DNA of 64,000 bases from assembly GCA_038239145.1 (NCBI GenBank), contig JBBSFB010000014.1, positions 11,161 to 75,160 on the forward strand. The letters are read 5' to 3'. This document shows, piece after piece, positions 45,905 to 55,729 of this stretch; the stretch's first letter is position 1, and each line of letters begins with the position of its first letter. The translations under genes and the position numbers were made by a program. The notes under the pieces were generated by a model. That model was given only the letters and a program-made list of their open reading frames with translations, did not search any database and was not told the DNA's origin. The DNA is from Acidimicrobiia bacterium (GTDB lineage Bacteria; Actinomycetota; Acidimicrobiia; IMCC26256; PALSA-610).

Positions 45905-46743
45905 TGCCGGCGACCAGGTTGCCGGCGACCGAGTTCCGGCGCCGCGCTGCGATACGCATCCGGGCCCGTTCCGGCATCGCCGTAGTCATGGCGACGATGA
46001 TCGGATGCGTCTGCTTCCTGTGGCCGTTCGTCGTCGCGCCGGGAACGTTCGGCAGCGCGTACACGGCGCCGCTCATGTTCGGTGTCCTGCTCCTGCTCGT
46101 GCTCGCCGTCGTGTTCGCAGAGGTCGCCGACGGAGGCATCGACTCGAAGGCGCTGGCGATGCTCGGGGTCCTGTCGGCGGTGAACGCGGGACTGCGCCCA
46201 CTCGGTGCCGGGACCGCAGGTATCGAGTTGGTGTTCTTCACGCTCATATTCGCGGGCCGGGTGTTCGGGCCGGGGTTCGGCTTCGCGCTGGGCTGCACCT
46301 CGTTGTTCGCGTCGGCGATCATCACCGGCGGGGTCGGGCCGTGGATGCCGTATCAGATGTTCGGCTGCGCGTGGGTCGGTCTCGGCGCGGGTCTGCTCCC
46401 GCCGTGCCGGGGTCGGGTCGAGATCGCGATGCTCGCGGCGTACGGTCTGCTCGCGGGCTACTTCTTCGGATTCATGCTTAACCTGCAGTTCTGGCCGTTC
46501 TCGGTCGATCCCGGCAGCTCCATCGCGTACCTCCCGGGCGCGGCCTTCGTGACCCAGTGGCACCGCTATCTCCTGTTCGACGCCACGACCTCGCTCGGCT
46601 GGGACACGGGTCGCGCCATCACGAACGTGATCTGCATAGTGCTCGTCGGTCCCGCTGCGCTCGCGACGTTCCGGCGCGCCGCGCGCCGCGCGTCGTTCCG
46701 GGCCCCGGTCGATTTCGCGCCCGGCCCCTACGGACCGGCGTGA
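45904..46743 (+). CDS. putative ECF substrate-capture (S) component
   Basis: ORF 45904-46743. About 6 TM helices. The start overlaps the ATPase stop by 1 nt. The substrate (corrinoid or precursor) is inferred only from the riboswitch. Confidence 0.7.
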   Translation: MPATRLPATEFRRRAAIRIRARSGIAVVMATMIGCVCFLWPFVVAPGTFGSAYTAPLMFGVLLLLVLAVVFAEVADGGIDSKALAMLGVLSAVNAGLRPLGAGTAGIELVFFTLIFAGRVFGPGFGFALGCTSLFASAIITGGVGPWMPYQMFGCAWVGLGAGLLPPCRGRVEIAMLAAYGLLAGYFFGFMLNLQFWPFSVDPGSSIAYLPGAAFVTQWHRYLLFDATTSLGWDTGRAITNVICIVLVGPAALATFRRAARRASFRAPVDFAPGPYGPA

Positions 46744-46776
46744 GCGCGGGGCACATGGTGCCCGAAGCCACGCCGG

Positions 46777-48033
46777 ATGGAGGCGTGTGGTCGAAGTAGC
46801 GTGGTGAATCTGATCGATCCGACGCCACCTCTCGCGGGGTTCTCGCTGCCGTGGGACTCACCCGACGTGAGCGATCCCGTCGTCGCGCTCGGGGGCGCGC
46901 GTCGCGAGCTGGGTGACACCTTCGCAGTGGAATCCGGCGGCGTCATGTACCTCTTCACCTTCGGTGAAGCCGGGCTTCGGTCGTTTTACGCCGTCGACGA
47001 GCGGGATGCGAGCAAGGGGATCGCCGACTACCGGATGCTCGTCCGCAAGCTGCCGATCGAGCTGTTCAGCGAAGTCCGCACCTTTGCGCACGATCTCTTC
47101 GGCGCCGAGGAGATCCAGGGCTATCTCGAGAACCTCGACTGGGCGATCGACACCGAGATCGGAGCGCTCGGCGCCGCGGGTTCCTTCGACGTGTTCGAGC
47201 TTTCGCGGCGCCTGGGCCATCACCTGGGGCTCGCGTGCTGGATCGGGCGGGAAGCGCCGATCGCAGAGCTCATCGCCGAGTTCGAGATCCTCGACGGTGC
47301 GGAGGCGTTCGTCCATCCCGAGCGTTCGCAGGGTTCGACGAAGGCCGAAGAACGGGCCGCGCTCGGGCGCGTCGAACGCGTTATCCGCGAGCTCCTGGCC
47401 CGTGTCGATCGGGCCCCGAGTTTTCTCGACGAGATCGCGGCCCGATGGGCCGACGTCGACGACCCCGCGCCCGGCATCGCGCGCGACGTCGTGCTGTTGC
47501 ACATCGCCACGATGACGAATCTCTTCGCTGCGTTGGCGTGGTCGCTGGCCCAGGTGCTGTTGCACCCGAGCGATGCACCGCTCGAGCACTGCGCGCTCGA
47601 AGCGGTCCGACTCGGTCAACGTTCCATCATGCTGCGGGAGGTGTTGGGCCCGTTCGTGTTCTCCGACGGAGCCTGCGACTACCGGGTCGAGCGGGGTGTG
47701 CAGTTGGCGACGATGGTGCCGCTGACGAACTCCGAGCGCGTCGGTGGGGGATACGCGCCGTTCCGCTGGCAGGATCGGGCGCTTCGGCACGACGTCACGG
47801 TCACGACCTTCGGTCACGGGTCGCACCGGTGCCCGGCGCAACGATTCTCGCTGTCGGCGATCGTGCGGACCATCGACCGGCTGCGGGCCACGTTCGAGAT
47901 GACTGCGGAGTTCACGGAGGTCGTGGCGCTGCCGGCCCAGATCGGCGGGGTGGCCCGAAGTGCACAACCGTGCGTCGTCTCGTACCGCCGCCGCACGGAT
48001 TCCGGAAAGGGTGGGGTGGGCGGGGATGGGTAG
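46777..48033 (+). CDS. cytochrome P450
   Basis: ORF 46777-48033. Heme loop FGHGSHRCPAQRFS. The start may be GTG 46801 or 46804. Confidence 0.85.
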   Translation: MEACGRSSVVNLIDPTPPLAGFSLPWDSPDVSDPVVALGGARRELGDTFAVESGGVMYLFTFGEAGLRSFYAVDERDASKGIADYRMLVRKLPIELFSEVRTFAHDLFGAEEIQGYLENLDWAIDTEIGALGAAGSFDVFELSRRLGHHLGLACWIGREAPIAELIAEFEILDGAEAFVHPERSQGSTKAEERAALGRVERVIRELLARVDRAPSFLDEIAARWADVDDPAPGIARDVVLLHIATMTNLFAALAWSLAQVLLHPSDAPLEHCALEAVRLGQRSIMLREVLGPFVFSDGACDYRVERGVQLATMVPLTNSERVGGGYAPFRWQDRALRHDVTVTTFGHGSHRCPAQRFSLSAIVRTIDRLRATFEMTAEFTEVVALPAQIGGVARSAQPCVVSYRRRTDSGKGGVGGDG

Positions 48034-48042
48034 GTACTCGTT

Positions 48043-48948
48043 GTGGACGTATTGGTCGCAGGCGCTTCGGGGTTCGTAGGCGCGCATCTGTGCGCGGCGT
48101 TGGTCGACGCCGGTCACGACGTGCGGGCGATGACCCGGCACCCGGGCGCGTATCGCGGTCCGGGTCGCGCGGTCCTGGGCGATGTCGGCGAGCCGTCGAC
48201 GCTCGGGACCGCCCTGGCCGGATGTGACGTGGCGTACTACCTCGTGCACTCCCTCGAGTCCGAGGACTTCGCCGAACGGGACCGTCACGGCGCCGAGGCG
48301 TTCGGCGATGCGGCGTCTCGGGCGGGGTTGCGCCAGGTGATCTATCTCGGAGGCCTGGGCGACGAGAACGACGCGCTCTCGCCGCACCTCCGGAGTCGGC
48401 GCGAGGTGGAACGGATCCTGCAGGCGCGCGTGTGTACGACGGTGTTGCGGGCCGGGATCATCATCGGCGACGGCGGCATCTCATGGGAGATCCTGCGCCA
48501 GCTGGTCGCCCGGCTCCCGGTAATGATCACGCCCCGTTGGGTCCAGACCCGGACGCAACCGATCGCGATCGACGACGCAGTCGCGTTCCTCGTCGGCGTG
48601 CTCGCAAACTCTGCTGCGTTCGGGGAGGTCTACGAGATCGGTGGTCCCGATGAGATGACCTACGGCGACATGTTGCGGGTCGTCGGCGCCATGCCCGGCG
48701 GGATTCTCAAGCTCATCGTTCCGGTGCCGCTCTTGAGCCCGCGGCTGTCGTCGCACTGGCTGCGGCTCATCACCGACGTCGACCTGCAAACCGCGCGTAG
48801 CCTCGTCGATTCGATGTCGAACGAAGTGGTCGTGCACGAGCGACGGATCGAAGCGCTCACCGGGCACCATCCGATGGCCTTCCGATCGGCGGCCGAGCTG
48901 GCGCTGCACCAACGTGCCGAGCGCCTGGCAACGCGTGCGCCCGGCTGA
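48043..48948 (+). CDS. NAD(P)H-binding SDR/NmrA-like protein
   Basis: ORF 48043-48948. VLVAGASGFVGAHL Rossmann motif. Confidence 0.8.
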   Translation: MDVLVAGASGFVGAHLCAALVDAGHDVRAMTRHPGAYRGPGRAVLGDVGEPSTLGTALAGCDVAYYLVHSLESEDFAERDRHGAEAFGDAASRAGLRQVIYLGGLGDENDALSPHLRSRREVERILQARVCTTVLRAGIIIGDGGISWEILRQLVARLPVMITPRWVQTRTQPIAIDDAVAFLVGVLANSAAFGEVYEIGGPDEMTYGDMLRVVGAMPGGILKLIVPVPLLSPRLSSHWLRLITDVDLQTARSLVDSMSNEVVVHERRIEALTGHHPMAFRSAAELALHQRAERLATRAPG

Positions 48949-48961
48949 CGCCGACACCGGC

Positions 48962-49609
48962 GTGTGCGACGGCGTCGATCACCACGAGCTGCGCGCGGAG
49001 CGGCTGCGATGGTTGGCGATCGGCGGGTCCCTCGTCATCGGCGCGGCGGTGCTCTCCGGCACGCTCGCAGTGTCGTCGGGCTCGGCGGCGTTCTACGCTT
49101 TCGGCGCAGTCCTGGCCGCGACCTGGATACTCGGAGCGCTGCTGGCGGGACCGATTCCGTGGACCGGCGCCGGCAATCGGATCCGGACCGGTGTCGATGT
49201 CGTTGCGCCGGTCCTGCTCGGCGCAGCCGTGTTCGGCGGCTTTGTCGTCGCCAAGCTGATCGCCGATCACATCCCGTTCCTCGCCGACAGTGTCGACGAC
49301 GTTTTGCACCGTGCCCACGACGGACCCGCGGGGGTCGTGCTCGTCGTTGCGCTGGTCAACGGATTCGCGGAGGAAATGTTCTTCCGGGGCGCGCTGCAGT
49401 CGGCGTTCGACGCGCGCCGCGGCGCGATCTGGGCGACGCTCGTCTACGCCGCGGTCACGATCGCGACCCTCAACGCGGCGCTCGTCGTCGCCGCGTTCGT
49501 GCTCGGATCGATCCTGGCGGTCGAACGGGCCCGCACTGGCGGTGTCATCGCGCCTATTCTCACGCACCTCACGTGGAGTGCGCTGATTATCGTGTTCCTG
49601 CCCCGTTAG
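48962..49609 (+). CDS. CPBP-family intramembrane glutamic endopeptidase (CAAX protease-like)
   Basis: In ORF 48914-49609. FAEEMFFRGAL and ...HLTWS... motifs within TM helices. Start uncertain (ATG 48914, GTG 48935 or GTG 48962). Confidence 0.7.
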   Translation: MCDGVDHHELRAERLRWLAIGGSLVIGAAVLSGTLAVSSGSAAFYAFGAVLAATWILGALLAGPIPWTGAGNRIRTGVDVVAPVLLGAAVFGGFVVAKLIADHIPFLADSVDDVLHRAHDGPAGVVLVVALVNGFAEEMFFRGALQSAFDARRGAIWATLVYAAVTIATLNAALVVAAFVLGSILAVERARTGGVIAPILTHLTWSALIIVFLPR

Positions 49610-50496
49610 AGGAAGCGGACGATCGAGATACCGCCCGCGAGCAGGCAGTAGATCGCGAAGGGCAACAAGTTTCGGGTCTGGAAGAACCGGACGAGGAACC
49701 GGACCGAGACGAAGGCGGCGACCGCCGCGAAGCATCCGCCGACGGCCGCTTGACCGCGAATGCCGTCGCCGTTCGGGCCGATGAAGTCGTGCAGCTTGTA
49801 GAGACCGGCGGCGAGGATGATCGGCGTGGCGAGCAAGAACGAGAACCGCGCCGCGTCTTCGTGATCGAGTCCCCGCGCGAGCCCGGCGACCATGGTGATC
49901 CCGGAACGGCTGATGCCGGCGAAGAGGGCTCCGATCTGGGCGACGCCCACGGCCACCGCCTCCCGGAATTCGAGCGTGTCGAGCCGGCGTCCCGTCTCCG
50001 TGCTGCTCGAGCTGGTCGGACCGCTCTCGATCAACTCCCGTGTTGACGCCCGTCGCCGGAGCCTGTCACCCGCGAGCAGCACCACCCCGTTGGCAGTGAG
50101 GAACACGGCGGCCGCGAGCGGCTTGGCGAAGACGGTGCGCAGGGTGTGCTCCAGCAGGATCCCGGTGAGCCCAGCCGGGATCGTCGCCACGATGAGCAAC
50201 CACGCCATACGCTCGTCGGGCTGTTCGAGCCGGCGCGTCCGTAGCGTGCGGAAGAAGGCTTTGACGATGCGCACCCAATCGGCCCGGAAGTAGACGACGA
50301 GCGCAAGTGCGGTGGCGACGTGCAGCATGACCAGGAACGCGAGATAGGGCGACTCGCTCTGCGACTGGTCCTTGACGAACGTGTTCCAGCCGAACCAGGC
50401 CGGGACGAGCACCGAATGCCCGAGGCTCGAGATCGGGAACAACTCCGTCACTCCCTGGAGCAAGCCGATCACGATTGCCTGGAAATAGCTGATCAT
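49606..50496 (-). CDS. uppP: undecaprenyl-diphosphate phosphatase
   Basis: In ORF 49606-50628 from MISYFQAIVIGLLQGVTELFPISSLGH (BacA/UppP hallmark), plus ISRSGITMVAGL. Confidence 0.9.
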   Translation of the reverse strand: MISYFQAIVIGLLQGVTELFPISSLGHSVLVPAWFGWNTFVKDQSQSESPYLAFLVMLHVATALALVVYFRADWVRIVKAFFRTLRTRRLEQPDERMAWLLIVATIPAGLTGILLEHTLRTVFAKPLAAAVFLTANGVVLLAGDRLRRRASTRELIESGPTSSSSTETGRRLDTLEFREAVAVGVAQIGALFAGISRSGITMVAGLARGLDHEDAARFSFLLATPIILAAGLYKLHDFIGPNGDGIRGQAAVGGCFAAVAAFVSVRFLVRFFQTRNLLPFAIYCLLAGGISIVRFL

Positions 50497-50756
50497 CAAC
50501 GTCCCTGTTCGATTGGATTCCCGGCATCCGTGGCGGGCGGTTCCGTCAGGTCTCTCCGGTGGGAACTCGCCGCGCGCCCGATCGACACGGAGAGCGCCGC
50601 GGCGACGCCGATGGGGAGGATGGGCCACGCGCCGGCTCCGGCGTGCGCCGCGACGTACGTAATCGAGACGATGACGACGACGGCGACGGCGATCGTCCAG
50701 TCATCGCCGACGACGAAGTCGTACCAGAACCTCCCGAACTGCGAGAGCCGTCTCAT
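50496..50756 (-). CDS. 86-aa membrane protein, unknown function
   Basis: In ORF 50496-50870 from MRRLSQFGRFWYDFVVGDDW. Two TM stretches. Coupled to both neighbours (ATGA upstream, TGATG downstream). Confidence 0.5.
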   Translation of the reverse strand: MRRLSQFGRFWYDFVVGDDWTIAVAVVVIVSITYVAAHAGAGAWPILPIGVAAALSVSIGRAASSHRRDLTEPPATDAGNPIEQGR

Positions 50757-51547
50757 GCGACCGCGATCCTGGTCGTGCGTCCGGACCGACGCAGGAGTGC
50801 GACCAGACCGAACGAGCAGACGAGCACGAAGGCGATGACGCCGAGCAGCGACGCGTCGGAACCCGGCCACGAGACCCCGGCGCCCTCACCCGCCCAGAAG
50901 ATGCCGAAGGAGCTGAGCATCACGCCAACCGCGAACTTCAGCGTGTTCTCGGGAACGCGGGAGAGGGGAGCGTGGACGACGACGCCGACGAGGGACACGA
51001 CGACGAGGGCGGCTGCGGCGGCGGCCGCCGCGAGACCGACGTTGTGCTGGGTACCTCCGAACGTGACGACGATGAACGCAACTTCGAGTCCTTCGAGGAA
51101 CACGCCTTTGAACGCGACGGTGAACGCATACCAATCGTGAGCGGGCCGGTCCGAGGTGGAACCGCCGGGTCCCGCACGCATCAGCCCGACCTCGGCTGCG
51201 AAGATCGCGTCCTCGTCGTGCAACGCCTTCAGGCCACCGGCCCGGAGTATCGCTTTGCGGAGCCACTGCAGTCCGAACACGAGCAGGATCGTGCCGACCG
51301 CGAGTCGCAGCGTGGAGATCGGGAGCGACGCGAGTGCGGGACCGAACGCTGCGACGATCACCGCCAGCCCGGCGAGCGCGGCCACGACACCGGCGGCGGC
51401 CGAACGCCAGCCCCGAGTGACCGCCACCGCGAGCACGATCGTCAACGCCTCGACCATTTCGACGGTCGAAGCCCCGAAGGCGGCGGCAAACAACAAGAAC
51501 GTATGCACGGCATCGACCCCTCTTGTCCGGTCCGGCGTTCGTAGCAT
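50753..51547 (-). CDS. polytopic membrane protein (COG4280-like), unknown function
   Basis: ORF 50753-51547. TM-rich, with ...STVEMVEALTIVLAV... and ...FLEGLEVAFIVVTFG.... The true start is possibly GTG 51517. Confidence 0.6.
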   Translation of the reverse strand: MLRTPDRTRGVDAVHTFLLFAAAFGASTVEMVEALTIVLAVAVTRGWRSAAAGVVAALAGLAVIVAAFGPALASLPISTLRLAVGTILLVFGLQWLRKAILRAGGLKALHDEDAIFAAEVGLMRAGPGGSTSDRPAHDWYAFTVAFKGVFLEGLEVAFIVVTFGGTQHNVGLAAAAAAAALVVVSLVGVVVHAPLSRVPENTLKFAVGVMLSSFGIFWAGEGAGVSWPGSDASLLGVIAFVLVCSFGLVALLRRSGRTTRIAVA

Positions 51548-51585
51548 ACACTACCGATCGTGGTAACAGAAGTAGTAAACGCTAC
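51541..51585. promoter_or_regulatory. inverted pair of 14-bp motifs (GTAGCATACACTAC / GTAGTAAACGCTAC), candidate RpiR operator
   Basis: Read directly. The two arms match 11/14 as an inverted repeat. This is an A/T-rich patch between divergent genes. Confidence 0.3.
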
Positions 51586-52444
51586 CGAGACGTTGGCCGA
51601 CCGTCTGGCCCTTCGGGTCGCCGATCTCGCGCCGGCCGAGCGCCGGGTCGCGGACGCCCTGGTCGAGCTGGGCGCCGACGCGTCCCTGCTCTCGGCCTCC
51701 GCCCTTGCGGCCCAACTCGGGACGAGTGATGCCACGGTCGTCCGCACCGCGAAGGCGCTCGGCTACAGCGGGCTGGCCGAGCTGCGCCGTGCCCTCGTCG
51801 TGGACGTCGCCAACCCGCCGCCGGGGGAGCGGCTCCGGCGCACGCTCGATCGCACTTCTCGCGACCAGATCTTCGCCGCGACGATGGGCAACCACCTCGC
51901 TGCGCTCGACGAGCTGGCTCGCAACGTGTCGACTGCCGATTTCGAGGTGGCGGTCGACACACTCGTGGGCTCCGGGCGGGTGGTGTGGCGTGGAGTCGGA
52001 CCGTCCGCGCACCTGGCCGCGTACGCGCAGATCCTCACGCAGCGCATCGGGAAACCGAGCACGGCGTTCGTGCACACGGGAACGTCGTTCGCCGACGAAT
52101 TGTCGGCGCTCCGTGTCGGCGACGCGGTGGTGTTGCTCGCCTACGGCCGACTGCAGTCGCACGCCCGGGTGCTCGTGGAGCGATCGGCGGAGCTCGGTGT
52201 ACCGGTGATCTTGATCACGGACACGCTCGGGCGCCGGCTCGGCCCGCATGTCCACACGACGCTGCAGTCGGGACGGGGTGCGCCCGGGTCGTTCGCGAGC
52301 CACAGCACGACGCTCGTGCTCATCGAAGCGCTGGTGCTCGGAGTCGCGGCAGCCGATCGGGACGCGTCGGGGGCGGCGCTGGCCACCCTGAACGATCTGC
52401 GGGCGGCCCTCGCCGGACGCCGCATCGACGTCGACACGCCGTAG
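51560..52444 (+). CDS. MurR/RpiR-family transcriptional regulator (HTH plus SIS domain)
   Basis: ORF 51560-52444. ...SASALAAQLGTSDATVVRTAKALGYSGLAELRR... followed by a SIS-like C-terminal half. The start may be TTG 51593. Confidence 0.85.
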   Translation: MVTEVVNATETLADRLALRVADLAPAERRVADALVELGADASLLSASALAAQLGTSDATVVRTAKALGYSGLAELRRALVVDVANPPPGERLRRTLDRTSRDQIFAATMGNHLAALDELARNVSTADFEVAVDTLVGSGRVVWRGVGPSAHLAAYAQILTQRIGKPSTAFVHTGTSFADELSALRVGDAVVLLAYGRLQSHARVLVERSAELGVPVILITDTLGRRLGPHVHTTLQSGRGAPGSFASHSTTLVLIEALVLGVAAADRDASGAALATLNDLRAALAGRRIDVDTP

Positions 52445-52485
52445 GCGAGCGGCAGAGGCGTCCGCGCCCCATCTACGCTGGAGTC

Positions 52486-52764
52486 ATGTGCCGAAACATC
52501 ACTGAGCTCCGCGGTCTCGAACCTCCGGCCACGCGTCAGGAGATCGAAGCGGCCGCCCGTCAATACGTGCGCAAGGTGACCGGCGTGACGCGGCCGCGAG
52601 TCGACGTCGCCGGCGCGATGGAAGCGGCGTCTCTGCAGATCGCCGCGATCACCGAGCAGTTGCTCGGCGAGATGCCCGCCCGTCGTCAACCGCCCCCGAA
52701 GCTGCCCCCGCTGCGCCGACCCGAGGTGCGGAGCCGGCTCGGGCTCGATCCGTTCGTCCGCTGA
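52486..52764 (+). CDS. DUF2277 domain-containing protein
   Basis: Tail of ORF 51985-52764 from ATG 52486. MCRNITELRGLEPPATRQEIEAAARQYVRKVTG is the family hallmark. Confidence 0.8.
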   Translation: MCRNITELRGLEPPATRQEIEAAARQYVRKVTGVTRPRVDVAGAMEAASLQIAAITEQLLGEMPARRQPPPKLPPLRRPEVRSRLGLDPFVR

Positions 52765-52782
52765 GACCGCGGCGCAGCGGCG

Positions 52783-52995
52783 CTAGGGGAGTTTGCCTTC
52801 GCCCTCTTGGTTTGCCCCGCGCTCGATCGCTTCCTTGTACGCCTTCGAGGTCTTTTCGTTGCTGGCGTCGGCGCGGGACGCGGCGGCTTCCTCCTCGGCG
52901 GTGGGAGCGGCGTCGGGCTCGGCCTTGACCTTGGCGTCGGCTTTTTCCTCGGCGCGGGTTTCTGCGCTCGGGCGCGTGCGATCTGATTCGGTCAT
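52783..52995 (-). CDS. 70-aa acidic/Lys-rich hypothetical protein
   Basis: ORF 52783-52995 with RBS GGAAGG upstream. Confidence 0.5.
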   Translation of the reverse strand: MTESDRTRPSAETRAEEKADAKVKAEPDAAPTAEEEAAASRADASNEKTSKAYKEAIERGANQEGEGKLP

Positions 52996-53073
52996 GGCAA
53001 TACCTTCCGTCCGGCTACTGGCGAGAACTCCACCCTTGTCTACCCCGCTGACGCGGCCGCGAAGCGCGCCCCG

Positions 53074-53547
53074 CTAGCCGGGCTTGCCAATGATGTTGTT
53101 CGACAGGCGTTGGAGCGAAGCCGCGCGAGGCCGACTCGACCGGACCAAGCGGTCGGGCTCGGTGCCGGGCGGGAGGGGGACGTCGTCGCTGCCGGCACCC
53201 GGCATCTTGGTCTCGTCGATGACGAAGAGCGACCGGAGATCGGCGAGGCCGAGCAGGCGGGTGAGGATCGCGGGCGCCAGGATCTCCACCTGCCCGTCGT
53301 CGGCGTGCAGCCGCGCGGCGAGCTCCGCCATCGCTCGCAGCCCGCCGATGTTGCAGAACCGCAGGTCGGACAGATCGATGCTCACCGACCGGACTCCTCG
53401 CTCTACGAGCGCCGCCGTCACGGCCGCGAACGCGGGGACGCTGAGGGCGTCGAGCTCGCCGTGCAACGTGAGCATCGTGACGTCGGCGTCGTACTCGAAC
53501 TCGATGCCGAACTGGGCCGTGAAGCCGCGGAGTCGCGCCATCGTCAA
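53074..53547 (-). CDS. STAS-domain anti-sigma-factor antagonist-like protein with a C-terminal extension
   Basis: ORF 53074-53547. ...LTLHGELDALSVPAF...SIDLSDLRFCNIGGLRAM... Confidence 0.8.
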   Translation of the reverse strand: MTMARLRGFTAQFGIEFEYDADVTMLTLHGELDALSVPAFAAVTAALVERGVRSVSIDLSDLRFCNIGGLRAMAELAARLHADDGQVEILAPAILTRLLGLADLRSLFVIDETKMPGAGSDDVPLPPGTEPDRLVRSSRPRAASLQRLSNNIIGKPG

Positions 53548-53954
53548 GATGCTCGCGACCGAGCAATCGCAGCCTGCGCGCGCGGGTCGTCGTAGCCGCC
53601 GTCGCGGTACCGGTCGATCGCCTCGCTGTGCTTACGCGGATCGGTCTTGGGTCGCGTGTAGATGCGCGCGTTCCCCACAGTGAACCACGCGCCGTCGTGG
53701 CTTTGCTGCCCGCCGCTCCAGGGCGACCGGATGACGGTGATCGCCGGGTGGACGCGGACCGTGGGGCGAATCACGGCTGTACCGAGCCACAGGTCCTCGG
53801 CGCCGTATCTCATGATCTCGTTCGGCCCGAGCGCTTCGCCCGAGAACGCGACCCCCTGCTCCACTGCATCTCCCTCCGGTGCCTGACGGCGCGCGCGTTC
53901 GCAATACCCCGGCGTCTTCCAAACGAATCCGAAGGAGGGCGCACCGGGTGGCAT
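53544..53954 (-). CDS. hypothetical protein
   Basis: Distal part of ORF 53544-54113 with protein-like composition. 4-bp overlap with the STAS gene start. The start (ATG 53954) is uncertain. Confidence 0.35.
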   Translation of the reverse strand: MPPGAPSFGFVWKTPGYCERARRQAPEGDAVEQGVAFSGEALGPNEIMRYGAEDLWLGTAVIRPTVRVHPAITVIRSPWSGGQQSHDGAWFTVGNARIYTRPKTDPRKHSEAIDRYRDGGYDDPRAQAAIARSRAS

Positions 53955-54178
53955 CGGCCGAGATCGGTCGGCCGGTCGGGTCCGTTTCTGCGGATACGCT
54001 TTTGCCGCGCTCGCGGTCCCGCGCGGGCCGGGACGCGAGGCGGTCGTGGTCGGAACGCACGTCGGGCGTGACCACGAGGGCGCGCCCGAGCACGCGCCGA
54101 CCGGCAGCGACACCGCCGACGGGAAAGCCGGTGCTCCGGGTCGGGCCGACGCCGACCTCGACTCCGCATCGTTGGGGG

Positions 54179-55729
54179 ATGTACCGCATCCCGGCGCTCG
54201 TGCTCGTGGTCGGATTGGCGATCGTCGCGGTCCTCGCGTTCACTGCGCGGACCGTGCACGAGAACAACGAGGACCACTTGTTGCGCCAGCGCGTCAACGA
54301 AGCCGAAGCCGTCTTGAGCGTGGCCGCGACCGGGACGCAGGCGCCCCTTTCTTCGGCCGCGATCCTGGCGGAGGCGACACACGGCGACTCCAGCGCCTTC
54401 TCCGGCCTCATGAAGCCGCTCACGAACGGGACTCCCTATGTGTCCGCCTCGCTCTGGCCGGCCGACTCGCCCGACCCGCGGCCGCTTCTCGTCGTCGGCG
54501 CCCAGCCCGAGCTGGCCCGACGATCCGGTTCCGAGATCAGCAGCTTCTTGACCCGGACGCGTACCGCGCAGTCGGTGACGATCGTCGATCTGCTCGGAGA
54601 CTCAACCCGGCGACTCGGTTTCGGGTTCGCGAGCGGCGCGACGCCGCACTACATCGTGTACGCCGAGTCGAACCGGCCCGCGAACCGACGCTCGACCGTC
54701 GACTCGAACACGGCATTCTCCGATCTCGACTACGCGATCTATCTCGGGAGCCGGGCCGAAGCGTCGCATCTCCTCGCGGCGAGCATCGCCGATCCGAACT
54801 TCTCCGGGCGGACCGCTTCGGGGAGCGTGAAGTTCGGCGATTCGAAGCTGCTCATCGTGATGACGCCCCGGCGCGAGCTCGGCGGCGACCTCCTGGCCCG
54901 GCTCCCGTGGTTCATCGGCGGCTTCGGGATCGCGATCTCGCTGTCCGCCGCGCTGTTGGTGGATCGCCTTGTGCGCCGGCGCGAGCACGCCGAACGCCTC
55001 GCCCAACTCAACGCCCGGCTCTTCCGCGAACAACGGAGCGTGGCCCAGACGCTGCAGCAAAGCCTGTTGCCCGAGGTGCTGCCCCTGTTCCCCGGGCTGG
55101 AGCTCGCGGTGCGGTACGTCCCCGGTGTCGACGGGGTCGACATAGGGGGCGATTGGTACGATGTGGTCGATGTCGGGCAGGGCCACGTCCTGCTCGTGGT
55201 CGGAGATGTCTCCGGACGGGGTCTGCGGGCGGCCTCGGTCATGGCCTCCCTCAGATACGCCATCCGTGCCTTCGCTTCGCAGGGCGACGCGCCCGAGGCG
55301 ATCCTCTTCAAACTGTCACGGTTGATCGACGGCGGCAGGGACGCGCTTTTCGCGACCGTATTGTGTGGCCTTGTGAACGTCGCCGAACGCCGGGTCACAT
55401 TCGCGAACGCCGGCCACCCGAACCCGCTGCTCGTCACGGGCGCGACCGGCGAATTCGTGGCGACCCACGTGAGCCCGCCGATCGGCGTCGCCGAGAGCGC
55501 CGGCGTCGCCACCGACGTGACGGTGCCGCCCGGGGGCGTGTTGGTGGCGTACACCGACGGTCTCCACGAGCGCAGAGGCGAGAACCCCGACGTGAGTTTG
55601 GCCCGGCTGCGCGATGCTGCGCTCGGGCACGGCACGCTCGACGATCTGCTCGACGGACTTCTGCATGAGCTCACACCCGACGGCGGTCACGACGACACCG
55701 CGATCCTGGCGGTGACATGGCGCCCGTAG
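54179..55729 (+). CDS. membrane-anchored PP2C-family (SpoIIE/RsbU-type) serine phosphatase with an extracytoplasmic sensor domain
   Basis: In ORF 53879-55729 from MYRIPALVLVVGLAIVAV. A second TM helix at about residue 270. PP2C motifs DIGGDWYD, VVGDVSGRG, NAGHPNP and YTDGL. Confidence 0.9.
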   Translation: MYRIPALVLVVGLAIVAVLAFTARTVHENNEDHLLRQRVNEAEAVLSVAATGTQAPLSSAAILAEATHGDSSAFSGLMKPLTNGTPYVSASLWPADSPDPRPLLVVGAQPELARRSGSEISSFLTRTRTAQSVTIVDLLGDSTRRLGFGFASGATPHYIVYAESNRPANRRSTVDSNTAFSDLDYAIYLGSRAEASHLLAASIADPNFSGRTASGSVKFGDSKLLIVMTPRRELGGDLLARLPWFIGGFGIAISLSAALLVDRLVRRREHAERLAQLNARLFREQRSVAQTLQQSLLPEVLPLFPGLELAVRYVPGVDGVDIGGDWYDVVDVGQGHVLLVVGDVSGRGLRAASVMASLRYAIRAFASQGDAPEAILFKLSRLIDGGRDALFATVLCGLVNVAERRVTFANAGHPNPLLVTGATGEFVATHVSPPIGVAESAGVATDVTVPPGGVLVAYTDGLHERRGENPDVSLARLRDAALGHGTLDDLLDGLLHELTPDGGHDDTAILAVTWRP

